DNA of 64,000 nt, taken from positions 672,001 through 736,000 of the forward strand of contig OY970212.1 of the NCBI GenBank assembly GCA_963713925.1, given 5' to 3'. Position 1 is the stretch's first letter. Every line of letters begins with the position of its first letter. The notes beneath the pieces are model-generated. The model saw nothing but the letters and a program-made list of their open reading frames with translations. It was not told where the DNA came from and ran no database searches. Source of the DNA: an uncultured bacterium. GTDB lineage: Bacteria; Babelota; Babeliae; Babelales; Vermiphilaceae. This document shows, piece by piece, positions 48,283-57,359 of the stretch. Made by a program: the position numbers and the translations under genes.

Positions 48283-49431
48283 TTAAAACAACTCTAATCC
48301 TGGCATTGTCTTGTTACAAATATAAGCCAACGTTGCACCGCCGCCGGTTGAGATCCAAGTGAATCTGTTTTCATATCCCAAATCGTAGGCTGCTTGCGCA
48401 GTTTGTCCACCGGCAATGATTGTTGTTCCTTGAACGTGAGCAAGCGCGTCAAAAATTAATTTATTAATATTCATTGAGTGTTCATTATCAAGAAAACCCA
48501 TCAATCCGGCATAAAGCGCGGTGTGTGACTGCTGGATGATTTTTACAAACGCTTCCACAGATTGAGTTCCAAGGCCAATAATTTTTTGATCAGTTGAAAG
48601 CTGGCCGATTGGAAGTGACCGACTTTCACCCGTCATTTCAATTGCATAGTCTTTTGGAATCGTCATATTAATTTTTGGTTGTTCAACTCTTTTAATAATA
48701 ATGCGTGCTTGTGCGACTATTTCCGGAGAAAATAGTCCTAATGATGCAAAGTAGGCAGTGTTCTCGTTGCGCGCACAGTGAAATGGAAATGATTGTGCTG
48801 GACCGACTAAAATATGGCCAGCTCGCGAAGAAAGAGCTTCGATAGCAGCTAATTTTTCAGCATATTTTGCACCGCCGATGAGTACAGTGAGTTTCTGCGC
48901 AGGGACTTGTTTGAGAGGCGCAAGATGGTGCAATTCTTTTTCGACCAGAGGACCGATACTCCGTTTACTTGGCTCAAATTCAGACGCTAATTGGTCAACA
49001 AACGGATCTCCTCGATGAGCACTCCCCCATGAATCGTTGATATAGAATTCGCATGTTTCTTGCAGCAATGAAATTAAATGTTCAGGCTCTTGGAAAAAAC
49101 GAAGATTCTCTAAAAGTAAAAATGAACCGGGTTGCAATTGATGCGCCATTTGAGGCAGGTCATGTACTCCGGGACAAAATGCAATCGGGAAGTTAGCATT
49201 CTGAAACAGCGTGGCTAATTGCTCTGTTGAAAGCCATGCATCATATCCATGTGGCCTGCCACGATGAGTGCCGATAATGGTGCGAGCTCCGGCATCGTGC
49301 AACCATTGTAATGTCGGAATAATTTTATTAAATTTAACCGTTTCTTCAAGTGATTCAATATTAAGATCAACACGCAAAAATACGGCTTTATTTTTGAGAC
49401 TCCAATCGTTACAAATCATTTTCGGTAGCAT
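48283..49431 (-). CDS. pgk: Phosphoglycerate kinase (divergent)
   Basis: RVDLN, HRGRP, LLENLRF, ND..GSAHR, GGAK, ISTGGGA. Confidence 0.88.
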   Translation of the reverse strand: MLPKMICNDWSLKNKAVFLRVDLNIESLEETVKFNKIIPTLQWLHDAGARTIIGTHRGRPHGYDAWLSTEQLATLFQNANFPIAFCPGVHDLPQMAHQLQPGSFLLLENLRFFQEPEHLISLLQETCEFYINDSWGSAHRGDPFVDQLASEFEPSKRSIGPLVEKELHHLAPLKQVPAQKLTVLIGGAKYAEKLAAIEALSSRAGHILVGPAQSFPFHCARNENTAYFASLGLFSPEIVAQARIIIKRVEQPKINMTIPKDYAIEMTGESRSLPIGQLSTDQKIIGLGTQSVEAFVKIIQQSHTALYAGLMGFLDNEHSMNINKLIFDALAHVQGTTIIAGGQTAQAAYDLGYENRFTWISTGGGATLAYICNKTMPGLELF

Positions 49432-49442
49432 GGAAACTCTCC

Positions 49443-49970
49443 CTATTTCTTGAGTTTTGCCAGAAATTTATTGGCCGCAGTCAAGTCGTTAATAGTGAGA
49501 GTTAACTTTGTTGAAGTTTGCTCGTTATGTGGATATTCAATTTTGAAAGTCTCACTTAATTTCGTATTTTTTTTATGTTTGGTTATTCCGTTCATTCCTT
49601 CGTAGTCTCGCAATTCGGGGACATCGGTAAAATGTTTTCTGTGCATATCGTTGGTTATTATTCCATTTTCAATAATATACTTGTCTCGAGCACGTATTAT
49701 ACCTCCCAATGAGACTTTTCCACTGTTTTCCGATTCAACATTGATCTCAAAATTGGTTTTATTTTGTAAATAATCTAGAGCACCCAAAAACGTTTTCAAA
49801 GCGGCTTGTCCGGAAAAGTAATCTGCTCCGTCAACCGTAATAGTAAAAGATACATTTGAATCATTAGAGCTCTGCGGAAGATCAGCGGAATACGCCGGTA
49901 TTGCTGCACATAAAATTGAAATGAACGAAACGAGTTTCATTTTCATAGTGGAACTCTCCTTTTTTAACAA
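49443..49970 (-). CDS. Hypothetical secreted protein (paralog of 50980..51507)
   Basis: Signal peptide; shared SFT, IEN.IIT, TKLS and HNE..STK blocks. Confidence 0.65.
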   Translation of the reverse strand: MLKKESSTMKMKLVSFISILCAAIPAYSADLPQSSNDSNVSFTITVDGADYFSGQAALKTFLGALDYLQNKTNFEINVESENSGKVSLGGIIRARDKYIIENGIITNDMHRKHFTDVPELRDYEGMNGITKHKKNTKLSETFKIEYPHNEQTSTKLTLTINDLTAANKFLAKLKK

Positions 49971-49988
49971 AGATTCTAAAATTACGAA

Positions 49989-50591
49989 TTAGTATTCACT
50001 TTTTAATAATGAAAAAGCAATGGCAATTTTATCTTCGGCCTTTAGGTCAGGGTCAATTAAGTTTATTCCCGCTAAAAAATTCTCGTTTTTTGGACGAAGT
50101 ACCGGATTTATAAGTGGCTTTACAGCAAGAGCGATTGCTTTCGATGCAGCTTGATTCATGTAGGTGATTTCAACAGCCATTGCATTTCTGATAGCTTGAT
50201 CGAGTACATTCTGTTCGGTATACTCATACCCCCGCTTATTAAATTCCAGCATTTGTTTTGTGATTTCTTTTTTATACAATTCGCAGGCTAGAACTTGCTG
50301 ATTTCGACCCTGTCTTACTATACGCAACTCGGCATCATTGGAAAAATGAAGTTGTATCATAAAGTCTAAATTTTCCGGTTGCAGTCTAAAAACTAATGAT
50401 CCTATCACATTGCGCATTTCTTTTTTTGAGATTTTTTGGGAATAATTTGCTACAAAAGAACCGGGGGGAGCGTCTTCATGAATTGATAAATTCATGGTAG
50501 TGCACGGAAAAAGATAATAGGGAAGCCACGGTTTTGTTTCTGCGCTATAATTTTTCAAGAAAACGATAAGCGTCAAAAGTATTCGTTTCAT
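49989..50591 (-). CDS. Hypothetical secreted protein
   Basis: Signal-peptide-like N-terminus. Confidence 0.6.
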   Translation of the reverse strand: MKRILLTLIVFLKNYSAETKPWLPYYLFPCTTMNLSIHEDAPPGSFVANYSQKISKKEMRNVIGSLVFRLQPENLDFMIQLHFSNDAELRIVRQGRNQQVLACELYKKEITKQMLEFNKRGYEYTEQNVLDQAIRNAMAVEITYMNQAASKAIALAVKPLINPVLRPKNENFLAGINLIDPDLKAEDKIAIAFSLLKSEY

Positions 50592-50606
50592 AAAGAGACC
50601 CCGTTA

Positions 50607-50951
50607 CTAAGTTGTAAGATTCGTAATGTGCAAAGAACTACCGGAAACAGTGATAGAAATTAAAGCTCTTTCAAGAGGTATTTGAATATGCCTTTTGGGC
50701 ATGATGCGGCTGTGGTGATATGCGGTCAGGGATCCATCAGCTTTTTTCTCAATCATAATGCTGCCATCTTTGACATGAGCGATAATGTCACACGTGCGTA
50801 ATTGCAAATATCCTGGAAGTATTTGTCCAATACTTGTCCGTTCAAAATGATACGTTGTCGCTTCAATTCTGACCGGTATCTGATGCGCTGAGGGCTCCGG
50901 CAAGGTGGAACATATCCATAAGGAAATGATTGTAGCGAAGATGTATTTCAT
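50607..50951 (-). CDS. Hypothetical secreted protein
   Basis: Signal-peptide-like N-terminus. Confidence 0.55.
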   Translation of the reverse strand: MKYIFATIISLWICSTLPEPSAHQIPVRIEATTYHFERTSIGQILPGYLQLRTCDIIAHVKDGSIMIEKKADGSLTAYHHSRIMPKRHIQIPLERALISITVSGSSLHITNLTT

Positions 50952-50979
50952 AAAGGCTTACTTCGATTTAATTTGTTTC

Positions 50980-51507
50980 TTATTTTTCGAGCAACTTTGC
51001 CAAACAGGTCACATCACTTTGATTTTTGACCTCGACAATAATTTTGGTGGAAACTTCTTCATTGTGAAGATTTATAGATGCGAAAGAATATACATTAATA
51101 AGAGGATATATTTTCCCGAGTACGAAGCTCAACTTTGTCTTTTTATCATAAGTTGCTGTTCTTGTTGAGCTATGGGATTCTTTTTTAGAGTTGAAATATG
51201 ACTTTTGATTACTCGATTCAGTTATAATTCTATTTTCAATAGCATAACTTGTTTGCGATTCCATTTGTAGATCAGTCGCATCACTGTTGTTACTTTTTGA
51301 TTCGATTCCGAGAGAAAAATTATTCTTTTTTTGAAAGACATCAAGCACTTGCAAGAATTTTGTGTGTGATACATGGTCAGAAAAAACAGAATTATTATTT
51401 AGTATAACAGTGAATGATATGGCCGGGAGAGTGGTGTCGGTAAAATCAGCGGCGTAAGATGCTGTTAAATTAAACAGGATTGTAGATAAATGAACCACAT
51501 ATTTCAT
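50980..51507 (-). CDS. Hypothetical secreted protein (paralog of 49443..49970)
   Basis: Shared sequence blocks and the same ORF length as its paralog. Confidence 0.65.
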   Translation of the reverse strand: MKYVVHLSTILFNLTASYAADFTDTTLPAISFTVILNNNSVFSDHVSHTKFLQVLDVFQKKNNFSLGIESKSNNSDATDLQMESQTSYAIENRIITESSNQKSYFNSKKESHSSTRTATYDKKTKLSFVLGKIYPLINVYSFASINLHNEEVSTKIIVEVKNQSDVTCLAKLLEK

Positions 51508-51635
51508 AGCAAAGTGCCTTTCGCGTATTGTTAATTGATATGCGTATTGTTAATTGATGTGCAGAGTATAGTGTAATTGAATTTTACAAAAAACCAATGT
51601 CATTCTGGGGTCCCCAAATTTAATTTGGGGTTTCT

Positions 51636-52862
51636 TTATTCTCCCTTCAACAACGTTCCCACCTGAAAGGTTGCTGATCGATATGCACTGAATCCCGACA
51701 GCATGAGAACTATAAGCATACTGCACGCCCAGCAGAGCATAATGGTTGGCAAAGAAATGTTGACCGGAAGGTGAGTGACATAATACATGTCGGGAAGTTG
51801 TATGTGAATAGTTGAGTGTAACAGCCAGGCACACAAAGTTCCCAGCAGAGTTCCCAAGCCGACAGCAAAGCCGCCAATGAATAGACCTATTAAGAAAAAA
51901 GTTATAAAGAGGTCTTTTGCACGCGCGCGGAGCAAAACTAGCAGAGCCCGTTCTTTACGCTTGTAAAAGGCATACATAGTGAGTAATGACATCAAGTTGG
52001 TTCCTGCAATTAAAAGTACGATGGCCAAAATGAAAAAAGTAACCCATGTTTGCAGAGTCAATGTTGAAAGCAATGCCGGATAAAGCTCTTGCCAGCTCAT
52101 TGCAGTCATTTTGAATCGATGCGACAGTTTCTTTGTCAGTTGATGAATATCTTGATGTGGCTGCGCCTGCATGTGGCATTGTGTGATCTGAGCGTCGGCA
52201 AAATGTGTGCTCAAAAAATCAAACGAACAGAGCATGAAAGCCATATCATATTCTTCAATTCCGGTGCTAAAAAATCCAGTTATGCGAGCATTCATCGGTT
52301 GAAATTCAAGCGATCGGGTTTTCATACGTATATCTTTTGCGACTAAAAAATCTATTTGATCACCGATTTTTTTCCCGAGAAGTTCGGCGCATTTTTTACC
52401 GATAACGACCGAGTCCGATGAAAACAAAGCATGCTTGTCTGAGGTAACTATGGTGTCCATGATGCCCCCCAATTTACGTTCCTTTGCCGGATCAATCGTT
52501 TGCTGGATCATGACCAATGGAGCGTTTGTTTGCTCACAGGGGATAATAATATGTTGCTGCGCAATCGGACTGATGAAAGCAACTGAATCTTTGAACTCTG
52601 TTGTGATGATCGATTCGATGGCATCATACGCAATTGGTTGCCCGGATGCATGCATGATGATTTGGGGGTGTATCGATTGCAATTTTTTGATTGTTTCGAT
52701 ATGGAACCCCTGCATAATGCAACAGATGAGTGTGAATGCAATACTCGTGATGGTCATTGAGAATACGCAGATTTTTATCATACCCGAAATCGCATGATCT
52801 TTATTGCGCGTGAAAATGTAACGGTATGCTAAAAAGAAGGGAAGTTTGAGTTGGGTGAGCAT
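51636..52862 (-). CDS. LolC/E-like (FtsX/MacB) ABC permease
   Basis: FLAYRY, MQGF, ITGFFSTG..EYD, SWQE, YYVTHLPV; 1+3 TM layout. Confidence 0.85.
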   Translation of the reverse strand: MLTQLKLPFFLAYRYIFTRNKDHAISGMIKICVFSMTITSIAFTLICCIMQGFHIETIKKLQSIHPQIIMHASGQPIAYDAIESIITTEFKDSVAFISPIAQQHIIIPCEQTNAPLVMIQQTIDPAKERKLGGIMDTIVTSDKHALFSSDSVVIGKKCAELLGKKIGDQIDFLVAKDIRMKTRSLEFQPMNARITGFFSTGIEEYDMAFMLCSFDFLSTHFADAQITQCHMQAQPHQDIHQLTKKLSHRFKMTAMSWQELYPALLSTLTLQTWVTFFILAIVLLIAGTNLMSLLTMYAFYKRKERALLVLLRARAKDLFITFFLIGLFIGGFAVGLGTLLGTLCAWLLHSTIHIQLPDMYYVTHLPVNISLPTIMLCWACSMLIVLMLSGFSAYRSATFQVGTLLKGE

Positions 52863-53020
52863 AAATGGTAAAGTCCATTGAGTTTTTAATGTAATGTGAA
52901 AGCTGCTTTCTTAAAGGGTACAAAAATAGTTTACTCGAAAGTAATTTTTATCAAAAACTCAACGGAGTCTATTTTTGCTTGTAAAAGGACCGACTTTTTT
53001 TTAGGATACGTAGTAATATA

Positions 53021-53098
53021 ACACCCAAGCGAAACTCCCTTACGTTTTTACCCACACTTCACTTAAAGGCTTCGTGTGGGACTTGTGCTTGGGACCCG
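53021..53098. repeat. Family B palindrome nested in family B
   Basis: cacccaagc [tacccacac..gtgtgggac] gcttgggaccc. Confidence 0.7.
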
Positions 53099-53170
53099 TT
53101 AAAAAGTTAAAAATAATTTACTCATGCTTAACATAGGTTATGTATGGGGCCCACTTATGAGAGGCATGGT

Positions 53171-53845
53171 ATGAAGCAACGCATTATAGTGAGCATCTTA
53201 TGTTCAAGTATACTTGGTTTTTCCGGGTGTGTCAGGATATATAACTGGGCACAAAGCAATTTTTATCAAGGAATTGATATTCGAGATTGTTTTGAAAATC
53301 CTGAGTGTTATCTTAAATCGGTCCATGTGTACGACCAGTTCACAACGGTTGCCATGTTTGATGCGTTGTGGGTTTCTGATCAAGTGCGCCGTGATTTTGC
53401 CCAATTGCATGCGTTTCGCCATTGCAAAACGGGTGATCAAATTAATGAGTATGTAAAAAGAGAGCTCGAAAATAGCAATGATTACATTACTTTTTATGTA
53501 TTGTCATTGTGGGATATACCATTGTCCGGCATCGATCCAGTTTGGACAATTTGTCTTGAGATTGGTAATGCAATGTATCATCCAATAGAAATCAGGCCGG
53601 TCACGCTTTCTCAAGAATATAAAGCTTATTTTGGAGAGGCATATGGGAATTTTAAAACCGCATATCGCGTTGTTTTCAATGCAAAAGATACGCGCGACAA
53701 TCCGATTCTGACTCCTTCAACACCAATGATGTCGTTGGTCTTCAGATCGATCAACAAAGAAGCGGCTCTTACCTGGTGCTTGTATGATATTTGTTCAATG
53801 GACACCAAAAATGGTGAAATTATTTCACATGAGGCGCGACTATGA
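53171..53845 (+). CDS. Hypothetical lipoprotein
   Basis: MKQRII...FSGC lipobox; overlaps the rpiB start. Confidence 0.7.
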   Translation: MKQRIIVSILCSSILGFSGCVRIYNWAQSNFYQGIDIRDCFENPECYLKSVHVYDQFTTVAMFDALWVSDQVRRDFAQLHAFRHCKTGDQINEYVKRELENSNDYITFYVLSLWDIPLSGIDPVWTICLEIGNAMYHPIEIRPVTLSQEYKAYFGEAYGNFKTAYRVVFNAKDTRDNPILTPSTPMMSLVFRSINKEAALTWCLYDICSMDTKNGEIISHEARL

Positions 53846-54279
53846 TTATAGCAATTGGCGCCGATCATCGTGGATTCGAGCTGAAAGAAGAAATAAAAAA
53901 ACGCTTGTATCTTGCCGACACACCAATTAAATGGGATGATGTGGGCGCCTTTGACGCTGTGCGCAGTGATTATCCGATTTTTGCTCAAGCAGTTGTTCAT
54001 GAATTGTTACATAAAAAAGCTGATGTTGGAATCTTGCTCTGCGGTTCCGGCGCCGGGATGGCGATTGCTGCAAATCGGTTTGCACATATCTATGCAGGGT
54101 TAGCATGGAACGTTGAAACCGCGATTTCGGCAAAAGAAGATGATAATGTAAATGTATTAATTATCCCGTCAGATTACGTTGATGCGCAAACAGCGTTGCA
54201 GATGATACAAAAATGGCTGACCGCTCAGTTCAAAGAAGAGCGATATCGTCAGCGAATTGATCAAATAGATAAAACATAA
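53842..54279 (+). CDS. rpiB: Ribose-5-phosphate isomerase B
   Basis: GADHRG, DYP, CGSGAGM.IAAN, RY..R. Confidence 0.9.
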   Translation: MIIAIGADHRGFELKEEIKKRLYLADTPIKWDDVGAFDAVRSDYPIFAQAVVHELLHKKADVGILLCGSGAGMAIAANRFAHIYAGLAWNVETAISAKEDDNVNVLIIPSDYVDAQTALQMIQKWLTAQFKEERYRQRIDQIDKT

Positions 54280-54319
54280 CCCATTAAGTTGAACACAACT
54301 CTTCATTGTAATCGCAGAT

Positions 54320-54601
54320 CCGTTCGTGGTGAGCGGAGCGTAATTTTGGGGTCCCCGATGAAGCGTAAGCGAAACTGGGCCCCATACGAAGCTCGCGAAG
54401 TATGGGTAAAAAATTGGGGCATTAGCGCAGTCGAATCCATTTGAACGGCAAAAAAAGCAAGATTCAATGAGGTCCTAATAAAATGAGGTGCTTACTTTGT
54501 AAACACCTCATTTTATTTTCTTTTTCGTTCGTATGGTTCGACTTCGTTTGCACTTTTACCCATGCTGTGCGCATGGCTCAAAACTTCGCTCACCACGAAC
54601 G
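54320..54601. repeat. Inverted pair of family A elements with nested family B inserts, flanking a terminator-like hairpin
   Basis: 54320-54447 (A>B>B) and 54527-54601 (A>B); central aataaaatgaggtg/cacctcattttatt. Confidence 0.8.
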
Positions 54602-54640
54602 ACAACTCAACGAACATCCAGAGCACTAAGGCTGAAAATT

Positions 54641-57151
54641 TTAATTAGTTACTGCTTCTAGGCCGATTTCCTTTGAAGCGGGATCAATGACTGGCGCAGA
54701 GTTTTTGACAGGAGCGTCAGCTTGCTGCTTAGATTGTGCTTCTTCAAATGCCTTTCTACCTTGTTCCATCATTTCTTTTTCTTCAGGAGTCAATTGATCT
54801 TTTGCCAAACGATCAGCAAAACCAACAAAGTATACAAATTGCTCACCTGAAAGGGATTTATGTTCCATAATCATCTGTGTCAACATATCAAGCGCTTTAC
54901 TATTTTGTTGTAAAAGCTCTTTAACTTCGTTCTCAAGTTTTATTATCAAATTATAAGCCTGAGTGAGTTTCTCTTTTTGTACTTCTTTTGGCAGTTTGTT
55001 GAGGTCCATGCCGTTAAGACATATTTTTTGAGCCAATCCGAGAGCCTGTTTTTTGTCTTCATTTTGATAATCAAGTGTGCAAGTGTTGAAGAGCATTTCT
55101 TGTGCAATAGATCCGGCAAGGAGCACTTTTATTTCAAGCTCAAGCTCTTTTTTGGAATCAATTTTTAAACTGTCAGTCGCACGGTAGGTAAACACTTTGC
55201 CGTATTGAATTGCTTCTTTGTTAAGTGGTTGTTTTTTTTCTTCGGGAGAGTACCACCACGATGGTTTTTCAGTGATTTTTATGTTCACCGGGTTGAGCGT
55301 GATGTACGATACCTTATCGGTGGTATTGAGTAATATACGAGTCAATGCTGATCCGGTCAGATAGGCAGCAATGAGCGCTTGTTCTTGTGCTGAAATGTTT
55401 TCATCTGGGGAGTGAATGATTGATCTGATTTCATCATTCAAGCTGTCCTCAAGCAACGCTTGGCTGACAGTCGTTCCCATAATTTTTGCTTTACGGAATG
55501 CACTTTTGACCATTGAATTCAGATCTTCATAGTTGCAGCCATCAGTTTCTCTGGCAAGTCTTTCAACATCAAATAGATTAACATCAAGCGCGAGCTCCGA
55601 CAATCTACGCACTAAATATTCTCGACGATTTTCAAAGTTTGGCAAATCAAAATGAAGGGTTGTTCCAAAGCGGCCTTTGCGACGCAACGCTTCATCGATT
55701 TGCTCAGGCTTGTTCGTTGCTGCAAGCAAAATGACTTGTTTAGCCGGATCGGTTTCCATAAAACCGCTCATGCCGGTCAAAAATTCACTCAACACGCGCG
55801 GATTTGATGACTGTGCGCCGAGCAAGTGTATTTCATCGATAAATACCACCACTGGAGCAATAGATCTTAACGAAGCGAACATACTTTCGACGCTGCCAAA
55901 GAGTCCACCATTTTCCAATGGTAAGAGAATTTCAGAAGCTGAGAAACTGTAGTATTTGAAATTGGTGCCATTATTTGATTTCGCTATTTGTTTTTTAATT
56001 TCTCCGCACAATGCTTTTGCAAATTCGGTTTTACCCGATCCCGGCCCGCCGATAAGCAAGTAGCCTTTATCAGGGAAGCTTTTTTTTCTGCCATGCATTT
56101 CGGCATTTGCCAGGTAGTCTAAGATAGGTAGGCATTGTTGCTTTTGATAGTCGCAGCCGATAATTGAGTTGAAATCAGACGAAATGTCGTTCCATTGGGT
56201 AATGCCGCCTTTTTTGTAACGATATTCTCCGCCACGCAAGAAGTTGGCAAGATTAGTCGCTTTTTCACTGACAAAGGCGTTGATTTCCTTTGCCAAAAAA
56301 CCATATGCAACGGCAAGAGGTGGCACAATGTAATTCAGAGGAGCTAATCCACCACGCGCATAGTCTGTGAGTGATTTAAAGATATGTCCAAGTCGATGAA
56401 CTGGTTTCTTATCATCCGGAACGGCAAGCATGTTATCCGGAACAGGAAACCCAGTGTAATTTCTGACAAATGTTGGCGATTCCCAACCACCATAAAACCA
56501 TCCGGTAAACGTAGCAGCGGCAGTTAAGCCTACAATTGCCGCAATTTTAGGAACATTGTATTTAAAGCATGGCTGCATGATTGTTCTGTCAAACTTACGA
56601 AACGCGTGGTTATACCAGGCGAGGCCGGCAGTTTTTGCGCGCGCACTAAAGATATCGCATGCTTTTGCAACACGTGTTATTTTCGTATCAACTTCTTCAG
56701 GAGAGATTTCAGTGTCAATCTCTATCGATTTTTTAAAGACCGATTCAATATCAACCGATTCGAAATCTTTAAAGTTATTTTTTAGTGACGCGTTGACTAA
56801 TTTGAGCAAAGAGTGTGTCAGAGTAGTCGCGCGCAAAAGATCTTGCGGCTGAGCGCCCAAAAATTCATTATTTTTGAGCATAAACGTCAGTTGACGGATT
56901 TCGGTTAATTTTGTGATGACATCTTCTTTTTTGATTGCCGGCTTGAGAGTGCCAACAGAGATTTCAAGAGAAAGATCTTCAATAAGAGCGTCTAATTTTG
57001 CAACAAGGGCGACCAGTTTTTCTACCAGTGGTTGCATAATTGAGGCATGAACAATGCTTTGTTTTGGTGTCGTTTCCGGGGTGTCCGAAGCAGGTAGACT
57101 ACTTGCACATGCAAGAAGGATGGATAGTAGTCCTTTTTGTATTAATTTCAT
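54641..57151 (-). CDS. FtsH-like AAA+ ATPase lacking the HExxH protease motif
   Basis: GGPGSGKT, VFIDEI, AATNKPE.IDEALRRKGRF; M41-like tail (LLAG..A.E) with AAYLTGSAL in place of AYHEAGHA. Confidence 0.8.
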   Translation of the reverse strand: MKLIQKGLLSILLACASSLPASDTPETTPKQSIVHASIMQPLVEKLVALVAKLDALIEDLSLEISVGTLKPAIKKEDVITKLTEIRQLTFMLKNNEFLGAQPQDLLRATTLTHSLLKLVNASLKNNFKDFESVDIESVFKKSIEIDTEISPEEVDTKITRVAKACDIFSARAKTAGLAWYNHAFRKFDRTIMQPCFKYNVPKIAAIVGLTAAATFTGWFYGGWESPTFVRNYTGFPVPDNMLAVPDDKKPVHRLGHIFKSLTDYARGGLAPLNYIVPPLAVAYGFLAKEINAFVSEKATNLANFLRGGEYRYKKGGITQWNDISSDFNSIIGCDYQKQQCLPILDYLANAEMHGRKKSFPDKGYLLIGGPGSGKTEFAKALCGEIKKQIAKSNNGTNFKYYSFSASEILLPLENGGLFGSVESMFASLRSIAPVVVFIDEIHLLGAQSSNPRVLSEFLTGMSGFMETDPAKQVILLAATNKPEQIDEALRRKGRFGTTLHFDLPNFENRREYLVRRLSELALDVNLFDVERLARETDGCNYEDLNSMVKSAFRKAKIMGTTVSQALLEDSLNDEIRSIIHSPDENISAQEQALIAAYLTGSALTRILLNTTDKVSYITLNPVNIKITEKPSWWYSPEEKKQPLNKEAIQYGKVFTYRATDSLKIDSKKELELEIKVLLAGSIAQEMLFNTCTLDYQNEDKKQALGLAQKICLNGMDLNKLPKEVQKEKLTQAYNLIIKLENEVKELLQQNSKALDMLTQMIMEHKSLSGEQFVYFVGFADRLAKDQLTPEEKEMMEQGRKAFEEAQSKQQADAPVKNSAPVIDPASKEIGLEAVTN

Positions 57152-57359
57152 AAGAAAATCCCTTTATAACAGACTGTCTATTTCTTTATGTATTGTCTGT
57201 TAGTATAACAGGTATTATCCGTTTGTCATTGGGCTTATGCCCAAAATTATTATTCTTTGAAAAGTAAGATATTGAGTGCGATGTTCTATTTTTTAAAATT
57301 GTTACTCATGGTACGCTTAATTGCATAAAAATATTTATGAAGTTTAAGAAAGGTTTTTT

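Noticed and set aside
57167..57202. CIRCE-like operator between the FtsH-like gene and trxB
   Set aside because: The taacagac/gtctgtta inverted repeat does not match TTAGCACTC-N9-GAGTGCTAA; function unsupported.
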